Shown here one piece after another: positions 9,610 through 17,517 of a stretch of DNA of 64,000 nt. Source of the DNA: an uncultured delta proteobacterium. Lineage in GTDB: Bacteria > Desulfobacterota > Binatia > UBA9968. The notes below the pieces were generated by a model. The model saw nothing but the letters and a program-made list of their open reading frames with translations. It ran no database searches and had not been told where the DNA came from. The stretch's first letter is position 1. Each line of letters begins with the position of its first letter. The DNA is taken from NCBI GenBank assembly GCA_963804165.1, contig CAWDPO010000014.1, positions 64,001 to 128,000 on the forward strand, given 5' to 3'. Made by a program: the position numbers and the translations under genes.

Positions 9610-9924
9610 TTGACGAAAGCCGATTTTCGAACCTTTTATCGTGACGCGCATGCCGTCGAATGCCTAACCGAGCGCGAGAAGATGCTCATCGGTCTCACTG
9701 TCGCCATGATGCGGCTCTGCGATCCGTGAGTGGATAGGCGCCTTGCGGACGCAAGGAAAGCGGGGATGACCGAAGAAGAACTCGACGCGGCGGTCGACGT
9801 GATTGCCGCGGTGGACGCGGGAGTGTTGCGGTCGTTGAATCAGCGGATCAAGCAGAGGGGGCAAAAGCTAAGAATCTACTTGACTGCACCTGCACTACGA
9901 AACCGGTCCCTGAGTCCTGGTTAA
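9610..9924 (+). CDS. AhpD/CMD-like selenoprotein (CxxU), copy 2
   Basis: AGGAG RBS, TTG start, MTKADFRTFYRDAHAVECLTEREKMLIGLTVAMMRLCDP-TGA(9727-9729)-VDRRLADARKAG...; 9643-9770 identical to 3686-3813. Confidence 0.8.
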
Positions 9925-9966
9925 CCTCTTGACCTCCGTATGCTGGTCCTGTCTTAATCGGTCTCA

Positions 9967-10251
9967 ATGTCCATTAAGTTTGAATGGGATTCTCGTAAAG
10001 CTCGACAAAACCTTCGAAAGCACGGGATAGATTTTGATGAGGCGACCACAGTATTTGCCGATATACTCTCGGTTACGATCCCCGATCCCGATCACTCGGA
10101 GGACGACGAACGCTGGGTGACGATGGGTCTGTCGAATCGCCACCGTCTGCTGGTTGTGGTACATACTGAAGAAGAGGAAACGATCCGGATCATTAGTGTC
10201 CGAGCAGCAGACCGCCTTGAGCGGAGGAAACATGAAGAAGGGGACTCGTAG
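9967..10251 (+). CDS. brnT: BrnT family toxin
   Basis: FEWDSRKARQNLRKHGIDFDEATTVF...HSEDDERW...LLVVVHT...IRIISVRAA. Confidence 0.92.
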   Translation: MSIKFEWDSRKARQNLRKHGIDFDEATTVFADILSVTIPDPDHSEDDERWVTMGLSNRHRLLVVVHTEEEETIRIISVRAADRLERRKHEEGDS

Positions 10252-10522
10252 AAACGACAAAATGCGCAATCACTATGACTTTACCGGTGGAGTTCGCGGC
10301 AAGTACGCGCACAGGTACGCCGAAGGCACCAATGTGGTCGTGCTTGATCCCGACGTGGCGCGGTTGTTTCCTAATCGTCAGGCGGTAAATGAGACGCTGC
10401 GGGCGGTAGCCCAGATTGTTGAGATACAGGAGCGAAGGCAGGACGGCATTAAAAAGGCCGTCGCACGTGACCGCCGCACGGGCGTTGGTCGGAAAGATCG
10501 TGAGCGGTCTCGTTCGGGGTAG
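10232..10522 (+). CDS. BrnA-like antitoxin
   Basis: Overlaps toxin end; MR..YDFTGGVRGKYA...VVLDPDVARLFP...AVNETLR pattern typical of BrnT partners. Confidence 0.8.
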   Translation: MKKGTRRNDKMRNHYDFTGGVRGKYAHRYAEGTNVVVLDPDVARLFPNRQAVNETLRAVAQIVEIQERRQDGIKKAVARDRRTGVGRKDRERSRSG

Positions 10523-10600
10523 GCGGGTGATCAGCAGTGCTAGCCGAAATCAAGCAATAAAGACCGGTTATAACGGCTTCCTTTGTAAAAGCCTTTTTAT

Positions 10601-10658
10601 CGAGCGTGATGCTCATCGGTCTCACCGTCGCGATGATGCGGCTTTGCGATCCATGAGT
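10601..10658 (+). repeat. Selenoprotein gene fragment, copy 3 (codons ~21-40, ends just after TGA)
   Basis: GATGCTCATCGGTCTCACCGTCGCGATGATGCGGCTTTGCGATCCATGAGT vs copy 1 GATGCTCATCGGTCTCACTGTCGCCATGATGCGGCTCTGCGATCCGTGAGT. Confidence 0.85.
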
Positions 10659-10870
10659 ATGAGCCTTTACGGGAAACGCGAAACAGGAAACAACTGCGTC
10701 CCAATCCTTTGGCTCCCTGGGAATTGCGCGTCGGTTCGTTGCGGGTTTTCTATGAAGTAGATGCTGGGGAACCGGGCCTCGTGAATGTCCTCGCTATCGG
10801 AATCAAAAAAGGGAATCTCCTGATCATTGCAGGTAGGAAATACACATATGAAGGCAATGAAACTGCCTAA
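10658..10870 (+). pseudogene. 5'-truncated RelE/ParE-family toxin
   Basis: YEPLRETRNRKQLRPNPLAPWELRVGSLRVFYEVD...VNVLAIGIKKGNLL; N-terminus replaced by selenoprotein fragment. Confidence 0.75.
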
Positions 10871-11148
10871 AAGAGATCCAATCATTTCTCGAGGTTGCGG
10901 AAACCGCGAAAGAAGACACGCTGGTCTTTACCAAGAAGAAACGACCGGTCGCTGCTCTGGTCTCTCTCCGAAAGGTGGACCGGGATTCGCTTGCGTTGAG
11001 TACCAATCCGCAGTTTTTGAGAATCATCGAGATCGCGAGAAAAGAATTTCGGGCGGGCAAAACGATTTCAATCGAGGCATTACAGAAAAAGTTTGGCGTA
11101 AGGATGCGGGCTTCGAGAAAAGCGCGCCGCGGCGCGGCCCCGCGTTAA
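10848..11148 (+). CDS. Phd/YefM-like antitoxin (frameshift in A-run ~10870)
   Basis: MKAMKLPK then +1 frame EIQSFLEVAETAKEDTLVFTKKKRPVAALVSLRKVDRDSLALSTNPQFLRIIEIARKEFRAGKTISIEALQKKFG. Confidence 0.7.
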
Positions 11149-11150
11149 CC

Positions 11151-11382
11151 GAGGTGTCCGATTCCGGCGACGTGCGGTCGAATGCCTGCTCGAACGCGAG
11201 AAGATGCTGATCGGTCTTACCGTCGCGACGATGCGGCTCTGCGATCCGTGAGTGGATAGGCGCCTTGCGGACGCAAGGAAAGCGGGGATGACGGAAGGAG
11301 AATTAGATGCTGCCGTCGATGTGATCGCCGCGGCGTGCTGCAGTCGCTAAATCAGCGGATCAAGCAGAGAAGCAAGACGTAA
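11151..11382 (+). pseudogene. Decayed selenoprotein gene, copy 4
   Basis: CGCGAGAAGATGCTGATCGGTCTTACCGTCGCGACGATGCGGCTCTGCGATCCG-TGA(11249)-GTGGATAGGCGCCTTGCGGACGCAAGG...QRIKQRSKT*; damaged 5' end and ~10-nt internal deletion. Confidence 0.85.
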
Positions 11383-11451
11383 AGATTGGAGTCGAGGACT
11401 ACATCGGGACCATATGACAGAAGGTCTGTAGGTCATTGGTTAGGCATTGCT

Positions 11452-11889
11452 TTGGCGAGTACTGTAGAAATTCCATTTACCGGCGGTTGCGCGTGTGGCG
11501 CTATCCGCTACGAATGTCTCGCATCACCACTTCGAATGCTCAATTGCCATTGTCGCGATTGCCAAGTTGCGAGTGGAAGCGCGTTCTCGCCAACCTTGAT
11601 TATGGCAAGTAGCGCCGTGAAGGTGACGAAAGGCCAGCCCACACACTTTGAGAAGCTCGCCGAAAGCGGCAACACCGCGAAGCGTGCATTTTGTTCCGCC
11701 TGCGGCACGCCATTGTTTGCGTCGAGTTCGGCGGGGGCGGAATATGTTGGTGTAAGAGCGGCGAGCCTCGACGATCCCAGCTGGTTCAGGCCGGAGGCGA
11801 ACGTCTGGGTCGGAAGTGCCCAACCGTGGGATTGCCTCGATCCAACAATACCAAAATTCGAAAAGAATCGACCGCATGCCAAGCAGTGA
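11452..11889 (+). CDS. GFA (glutathione-dependent formaldehyde-activating/CENP-V) family protein
   Basis: GGCACGAIRY, CHCRDCQ, FCSACGTPLF, SLDDPSWFRP...SAQPWD; flanked by GTTAGGC (11439) and GCCTAAC (11900). Confidence 0.92.
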   Translation: MASTVEIPFTGGCACGAIRYECLASPLRMLNCHCRDCQVASGSAFSPTLIMASSAVKVTKGQPTHFEKLAESGNTAKRAFCSACGTPLFASSSAGAEYVGVRAASLDDPSWFRPEANVWVGSAQPWDCLDPTIPKFEKNRPHAKQ

Positions 11890-11918
11890 GAAGGCAAGTG
11901 CCTAACACCTGATCCCAT

Positions 11919-11996
11919 GTCGATGTGATCACCGCGGTGGACGCGAGAGTGCTCCAGTCGTTAAACCGGCGGATTAAGCAAAGGAGCCAGATATAA
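11919..11996 (+). repeat. Selenoprotein gene 3' fragment, copy 5
   Basis: GTCGATGTGATCACCGCGGTGGACGCGAGAGTGCTCCAGTCGTTAAACCGGCGGATTAAGCAAAGG = VDVITAVDARVLQSLNRRIKQRSQI*. Confidence 0.8.
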
Positions 11997-12204
11997 CTTC
12001 CGAAGCGGACGGCCAAAAAAGAAAAAATGTGATTCCGATCGAAAAGGTCCCCTCTCACCTCATTCCCCATAAGCCGCCATCTCTGGAGCCATCAACCTTG
12101 ACGTATAGTAAGAGAATGTATGACGCGCCATCAGAACCATGTCGATCAAAACCCTTCCGCCCAGCTCCCATGTCGCTCGTTGACGCAGCTGTTGCATTTC
12201 ACGC

Positions 12205-13731
12205 ATGGAATTCAAGCGCCTCGTTGCTGACATGACAGAGAATCCAGGGCGTGGAATCGTCCACGCGCGGTTTATTCACTATTTTCTCCTTCTCTTACCG
12301 ATGGGGTTGGCGGCGGCTCTCAGCTTCTATTCGATCGCTGACAAGAGCTTGTGGTTAGACGAAGCGTTCAGTGTAGCTCTGGCGCGCCTTGATTGGTCGG
12401 AAATGTGGCGAGTGATAACCGTCCGCGAGTCCAACATGGGACTCTACCACGTGTTGCTCCACTACTGGGTGCAGCTTGGCACCGGGGAATTTGCGGTCAG
12501 ATCCCTGTCGGCAATCACGGCAATCGTCTCGATTGCTCCTGTATATGCGATAGGCGCTCGCCTGTTCGGAGTAAACACGGGAATCATCGCCGCGTTATTG
12601 CTGGCGATGAACGCTTTCTTCATTCAATATGCCCAAGAGGCCAGAGGTTACGCTCTTGTTCTTCTGCTCTCAGCCGCCTCGGCATACCTCTTTCTTAAAG
12701 CGATCGATAAACCCTCTGTAAAGAGCTGGGGCGCTTATGCTGCAATTGGCGCTCTCTCCATTTATGCGCATTTCTTTGGCGCATGGGTCATAGCGGCGAA
12801 CTTTCTGTCCGGCTTAGCCGTCCGAGGGCTTGCACAAAAGAGGAATCTCGTCGTCAGCAACCTAGTTATCGCCCTTCTCGTCAGCCCTCTGCTTGTATCT
12901 ATCCTGGCCCCGCATGCTCATGATTCGCATCTCGGTTGGCTAGCGAAGCCATCGCTCCAGACATTCACTCGTTTTTTCAACGCGCTCACCGGTTATGGAG
13001 GCCCCGCCCTGGTCATCGTCCACTCCGTAGTCTGCGGCTTCGCTCTGCTCTCGGCATCGGCCCGGCAGCGAAGAGCCCACGGCAGTTTGATCACCTGGAA
13101 CTATGCTTTTTTATGCACTTGGCTTTTCCTGCCCGTGCTTGGGAGTTTTTTGCTCTCAATCGTATTCAAACCGATCTTCCACCCTCGATATCTGATCATT
13201 TCGCTGCCGCCACTTGTATTGATTGCGGCAGCGGGTGTGCAGAACCTGCGGCCGGCGTGGCTCAAACTCGCTACTGTGCTGTTGCTCTTGGTCCTTTCGA
13301 GCCGGGGTCTTGTGGCGTTGTATTCGGGGCGTTGTTGCCAGAAGGAGAACTGGAGAGCAGCCACCAAGTATGTGCTCGACAATAGCGTGGCCGGTGATGG
13401 TATGGTATTTCAAGCGCCGTACGCCCGGATAGCATTTGAATACTACTTGCAAGCGCTGGGTTCTCAATCCAGGGCCCTGCAACCAGTAGTACCATCAGAC
13501 CCTTGGGGGACACTCGATCTGACCAAGAGACGGTCCGAATGGCTGCATCGCAGCCCGCAAGAGGACCAACGGCTATGGCTCATTTTGGTTTACCAAAGTT
13601 TCGCAAAAGGACCGAGCCCCGGGATTTCCGGTTGGCTGCCGGCAAGCTTCCAAAGCCAGTACTGTTTTCGGGGAATGCAGTCTTTTCAATCGATTGAAGT
13701 GATTCAGTTCCAGCCTTGCTCACGGCCATAG
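12205..13731 (+). CDS. GT-C fold membrane glycosyltransferase (PMT/ArnT-like, GT39-type)
   Basis: SLWLDEAFS, LY..LLH.W, EFAVRSLS, YAQEARGY motifs; multiple TM segments. Confidence 0.88.
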   Translation: MEFKRLVADMTENPGRGIVHARFIHYFLLLLPMGLAAALSFYSIADKSLWLDEAFSVALARLDWSEMWRVITVRESNMGLYHVLLHYWVQLGTGEFAVRSLSAITAIVSIAPVYAIGARLFGVNTGIIAALLLAMNAFFIQYAQEARGYALVLLLSAASAYLFLKAIDKPSVKSWGAYAAIGALSIYAHFFGAWVIAANFLSGLAVRGLAQKRNLVVSNLVIALLVSPLLVSILAPHAHDSHLGWLAKPSLQTFTRFFNALTGYGGPALVIVHSVVCGFALLSASARQRRAHGSLITWNYAFLCTWLFLPVLGSFLLSIVFKPIFHPRYLIISLPPLVLIAAAGVQNLRPAWLKLATVLLLLVLSSRGLVALYSGRCCQKENWRAATKYVLDNSVAGDGMVFQAPYARIAFEYYLQALGSQSRALQPVVPSDPWGTLDLTKRRSEWLHRSPQEDQRLWLILVYQSFAKGPSPGISGWLPASFQSQYCFRGMQSFQSIEVIQFQPCSRP

Positions 13732-13768
13732 ATGTGGGAGACAAGGGGACGGGAACCTTTTGCCTTCC

Positions 13769-13951
13769 CGAGCAGGTGAAGATGATAACGGTCCGACCGT
13801 CACGATGCTGCGGCTCTGCGATCGTGAGTGGATAGGCGCCTTGCGGACGCGAGGAAAGCGGGGATGACGGAAGAAGAACTCGACGCCGTCGTGGACGCGG
13901 GAGTTTTGCAGTGGCTGAATCAGCGGATCAAACAGAGAAACCAAGACCTAA
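13769..13951 (+). pseudogene. Decayed selenoprotein gene, copy 6
   Basis: GCGGCTCTGCGATCG-TGA(13825)-GTGGATAGGCGCCTTGCGGACGCGAGGAAAGCGGGGATGACGGAAGAAGAACTCGACGC...; ~18-nt internal deletion. Confidence 0.85.
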
Positions 13952-13967
13952 AGAATGGAGTGATGCA

Positions 13968-14971
13968 GTGTTGGAGTCATGGATTCGTTGTCGATTCGCT
14001 GTCGTAGCGATTAACTGCTGGTTTTTCGCATTCATTCTAGCTGTGACGCCGGCCTTAGCCCTAGACAAGCTGCGCATTTCCTACGCTTCTGTCACTGGCA
14101 ACACCGCTGGGATTACTTATATCGCCCAGCGCGCCGGGTTATTCGAGAAACAGGGGCTGGACGTTGAATTGATTCTGATCACCGGTGGGCCGGCGTCGAT
14201 CAGCGCTTTGTTGAACGCCGACGTTGATCTGGACATGCGCGCGCCGGTCGCGGCGCTGCAGGTGATGGCGCATGGAGTCAAGCTGACTTTTTTACTTTTT
14301 CAATCGAATACCCTCGAATACGACGTGGTGACACGGCCGGAGATCAAAGACATCAAGCAGCTTAAAGGCAAAAAAGTCGGCATCATCCGCTTCGGTGGCA
14401 TTTCCGAACTGATGGTGCGCTATCTGTTTCAAAAACTGGGCTTGGACGCGGACAAGGACATCGCCATTGTCCAGGTTGGCCAGGCACGCTTTGTCGCGAT
14501 GGAAAAGGGCGCCATCGACGCGACGGTTTTGCCTCCGCAGAGTCCGCCTATGCCAAGCGCAATGGCTTTCGCGTTCTCGACATGCCGACTCTGCCGTTTT
14601 TTGGCAGCACGATTGTCGCCGCGCCAGCTGTCGCGGCGAAGCGAGCCGATGTGATGACGCGGTACATGAAAGGCTATTTGGACGGGGTGCGGTTCTTTCT
14701 CAGCGAGCGAGAGCGGAGCAGCCAGTACCTCGCCGATCTGTTGCGCACGAAAGACCGCGATATGATCGATCTCGCGTACAGGAATCACCCGCAGCATCAG
14801 ATGGGCCGAAAGCCCTATCCGGACATGAACGCGGTCAAGGCGACGCTCGACATCATGAGCTCCCGCGATCCATTGGTGAAGAAACTCAAGGCGGAAGAGC
14901 TGTTCACCCTTGGCTATTTAAAGCAGCTCGATCAAAGCGGCTACATCGATCAATTGTATTCGGGTAAATAG
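13968..14971 (+). CDS. NMT1/SsuA-like ABC substrate-binding protein (frameshift ~14535)
   Basis: GLFEKQGLDVEL, LKGKKVGIIRFGG; continuation ORF 14582..14971 ends LDQSGYIDQLY; start approximate. Confidence 0.85.
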
Positions 14972-15046
14972 AGAAGCGGGCGAAAAGGCACTACATGGGT
15001 TCGCCTGTGGCGAAAGCCGCGCAGTGTTTTACGGCTGCTCGTTTGA

Positions 15047-15649
15047 TCAGCTAATCGATTTCAACCATTCCTGCCATCGCTCCATGTCACGGAATAAGGG
15101 CAGCGAGTCCGTTGTCGCTTCACTTCGCACTAGCTCGAAGCGTTTTTTGAAAAGCTGCTCGGCTTCGGGCTCGGTAAGAGGAAACGGCGGACCCGACGAC
15201 GGCCTTTGTCCATACAAAAAGACACCGATCAGTCTGCCTCGGGGCAACAGAAGATCCGCCATTCTGGTTACATACTCGGGCCAGCGCGTGGGAGTCATCG
15301 AACAAAGAAATGTCCGTTCGTAGATGAGGTCGAATCGGCGCTCGCCGAAGTCGTGCGTAAAGAAGTCTCCCAGAACAATCCGTTCAGCTAGAGACCCGAG
15401 CACCCGTTTGGCTTGGTCGACAGCGGCGGGAGAAAAATCTATTGCTGAAACATCGTAGCCGGCGGCATGGAAAGCCTGAATCTCGTAGCCGGAGCCACAT
15501 CCCGGAATTAATACTCTGCCGGGAGCAGAAGATCTCTCAAGAAATAATTTCAAGGCCGATGGAACACCACCGAAGTCCCAGGGCGTCTTACCCGTGACGT
15601 AGCGGACCGTCCAGAAATCTGGCTGGTTATTATCGGAAGGATTGTCCAT
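15047..15649 (-). CDS. Thiopurine S-/halide methyltransferase (TPMT) family
   Basis: FW..RY..GKTPWD, RVLIPGCGSGYE, FDLIYERTFLCSM, GPPF. Confidence 0.88.
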   Translation of the reverse strand: MDNPSDNNQPDFWTVRYVTGKTPWDFGGVPSALKLFLERSSAPGRVLIPGCGSGYEIQAFHAAGYDVSAIDFSPAAVDQAKRVLGSLAERIVLGDFFTHDFGERRFDLIYERTFLCSMTPTRWPEYVTRMADLLLPRGRLIGVFLYGQRPSSGPPFPLTEPEAEQLFKKRFELVRSEATTDSLPLFRDMERWQEWLKSIS

Positions 15650-15815
15650 AGTAGATGCCTTAAAAGCTAAGCGATGCGGTTGCCAAAGGCAACGAGTATT
15701 AATTGTCGCAATTGCCACTCATGTGTTAGGTATGCGGGCTGGAAGACTGGAGTGGTGGATTCGGAATTAGTACGGCTGCGACTCATTTCGAACCATGCCT
15801 GAAGAGGAGGGTCGG

Positions 15816-17501
15816 ATGAATACTAATCTTCGTCGAACGATTTTTCTGAGCTTGCTCTTCTGCCTGTTTTTCTCACCGGTACTTTGGGCGCAGACTCGGG
15901 CGATCGCGATTGTCGGCGGCACGTTGATCGACGGGACCGGGCGGGCGGCTGTCGAAGACGCGGTGGTTATTTTTCAAGGCGGGCGCATCCAGGACGTGGG
16001 CAAGCGCGGTGAGGTCGCGATTCCCCGCGGCGCTGAGGTGATCGATGCCAAGGGTAAGACGGTGTTGCCGGGGCTGATCGATGGGCATTGCCACTACTGG
16101 GAGTGGATCGGCGAGCTTCATCTCGCCTATGGTGTGACCACTTGCCCCGACATCAATAACAGTCCGACCGAATGGATCATCGCGCAGAAGGAAGGCATTC
16201 AAAAAGGCAAGATTCGCGGGCCGCGCTTGTGGATTTCCGGCCACGCGCTCGATGGGCCGCGGCCGCAGGGCATGCCGGAGCAACGCTGGCAGCGCGGCAG
16301 CATCATCGTGCGCACCGAAGACGAAGCGCGCAAAGCCGTCCAGGAACATGTCAACAAAGGCATGGATGGTTTCAAATTTCTCGAACGTCTCGCACCCAAC
16401 GTTGCCAAAGCCGCCGCTGAGGAGGCGCGCCGCTTAGGCAAACCGGTGATCGGCCATTCAATCAACATTTTCGACGCCGTCGATGCGGGTTATACTTCGG
16501 TGGAGCACTCGTGGGCGGTCATGTTCACGACGATCCGCGATGTTCAGAAGCGCGCGGAAGTCGACATGAACCGCATGACCGGCAAGGTGGGGACGGTCGA
16601 GGCGCACAGCAACATGGCGCCGGAGCAGTTCGACGAGATCGTCAAGGCGATGGTCGCCAAGGACGTCCATTGGAGCCCGGCTTGGGCGACGCAGTTTCGC
16701 GCGCTCTCGCCGCGCGCGGCGGATATGAAAAAGCGCGAGCTCGCGACGCTCAAAAATCCGCGCTTGAGTTACCTGCCGCCTTACAACTTGGAAGCGGTGG
16801 AAGGTTATTTCGCCGGCTACGAGAAGATGACCCAGGAAAGACGTGAAACCTTCGATAACGCCTACAAGATGGTTCAGGACTTTGCCCGTCGCTATGTCGC
16901 CGCCGGCGGCAAAATGCACTCCGGCTCGGATCCGGGAAGCTTGCTGCCGGCATACGGTGTACACGCCGAGTTCGAGCTTGCCATCGACGCAGGCTTGAGC
17001 CCGCTGGTGGCGATTCAATCGGCGAGTCTCAACGTCGCCAAGACTTGGGGCAAGGACAAAGACTTCGGCAGCGTCGAGAAAGGCAAAGTCGCGGATCTGG
17101 TGATCGTGCGCGGCGACGTCATGAGTGATATCAGCGCGACACAGAACGTCGAAAAAGTTTTCATGGACGGCAAGGCGGTCGATACTTCGTTCAACCCGAA
17201 CTATCGCAATCCGATTCCGCGGACGATTGCGGATCGCTACGTGACGAATCTGACTCAGCTCTCGCCCGCGATGCTGGTCGAAGGCAATACTGGCTCGGTT
17301 AAACTTACCGGTGTGAATTTTCGTCCGACGCACCAAGTGCTGATCAATGGCAAGAAAGTCGAGAGCCGGTTTGTCAGCGGCAGAGAATTGGAGCTCAAAG
17401 TGCCTTCCTTAAGGGCCGGAACTCACAAGATCATAGTGGTCGATCCTGGTATCCCGACCTCGGAGTCGGCCCCGGTTTATCTGGTCGTGTCGTTCAAGTA
17501 G
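15816..17501 (+). CDS. Exported amidohydrolase family protein with C-terminal IPT/TIG-like domain
   Basis: Signal peptide ...PVLWAQ; VLPGLIDGHCH, GSDPG, GSVEKGKVADLVIV; beta-rich C-terminal extension. Confidence 0.9.
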   Translation: MNTNLRRTIFLSLLFCLFFSPVLWAQTRAIAIVGGTLIDGTGRAAVEDAVVIFQGGRIQDVGKRGEVAIPRGAEVIDAKGKTVLPGLIDGHCHYWEWIGELHLAYGVTTCPDINNSPTEWIIAQKEGIQKGKIRGPRLWISGHALDGPRPQGMPEQRWQRGSIIVRTEDEARKAVQEHVNKGMDGFKFLERLAPNVAKAAAEEARRLGKPVIGHSINIFDAVDAGYTSVEHSWAVMFTTIRDVQKRAEVDMNRMTGKVGTVEAHSNMAPEQFDEIVKAMVAKDVHWSPAWATQFRALSPRAADMKKRELATLKNPRLSYLPPYNLEAVEGYFAGYEKMTQERRETFDNAYKMVQDFARRYVAAGGKMHSGSDPGSLLPAYGVHAEFELAIDAGLSPLVAIQSASLNVAKTWGKDKDFGSVEKGKVADLVIVRGDVMSDISATQNVEKVFMDGKAVDTSFNPNYRNPIPRTIADRYVTNLTQLSPAMLVEGNTGSVKLTGVNFRPTHQVLINGKKVESRFVSGRELELKVPSLRAGTHKIIVVDPGIPTSESAPVYLVVSFK

Positions 17502-17517
17502 TCGGAGAGGGACGCAT

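Noticed and set aside
3653-13951. CRISPR array or diversity-generating retroelement as the explanation for the repeats
   Set aside because: Repeats are 60-300 nt with kb-scale gene-containing spacers; no cas or reverse transcriptase genes; differences are not adenine-specific
3600-14000. Canonical integron or prophage
   Set aside because: No IntI or phage genes and no complete attC hairpin recognised; only one cassette-like core-site pair was found
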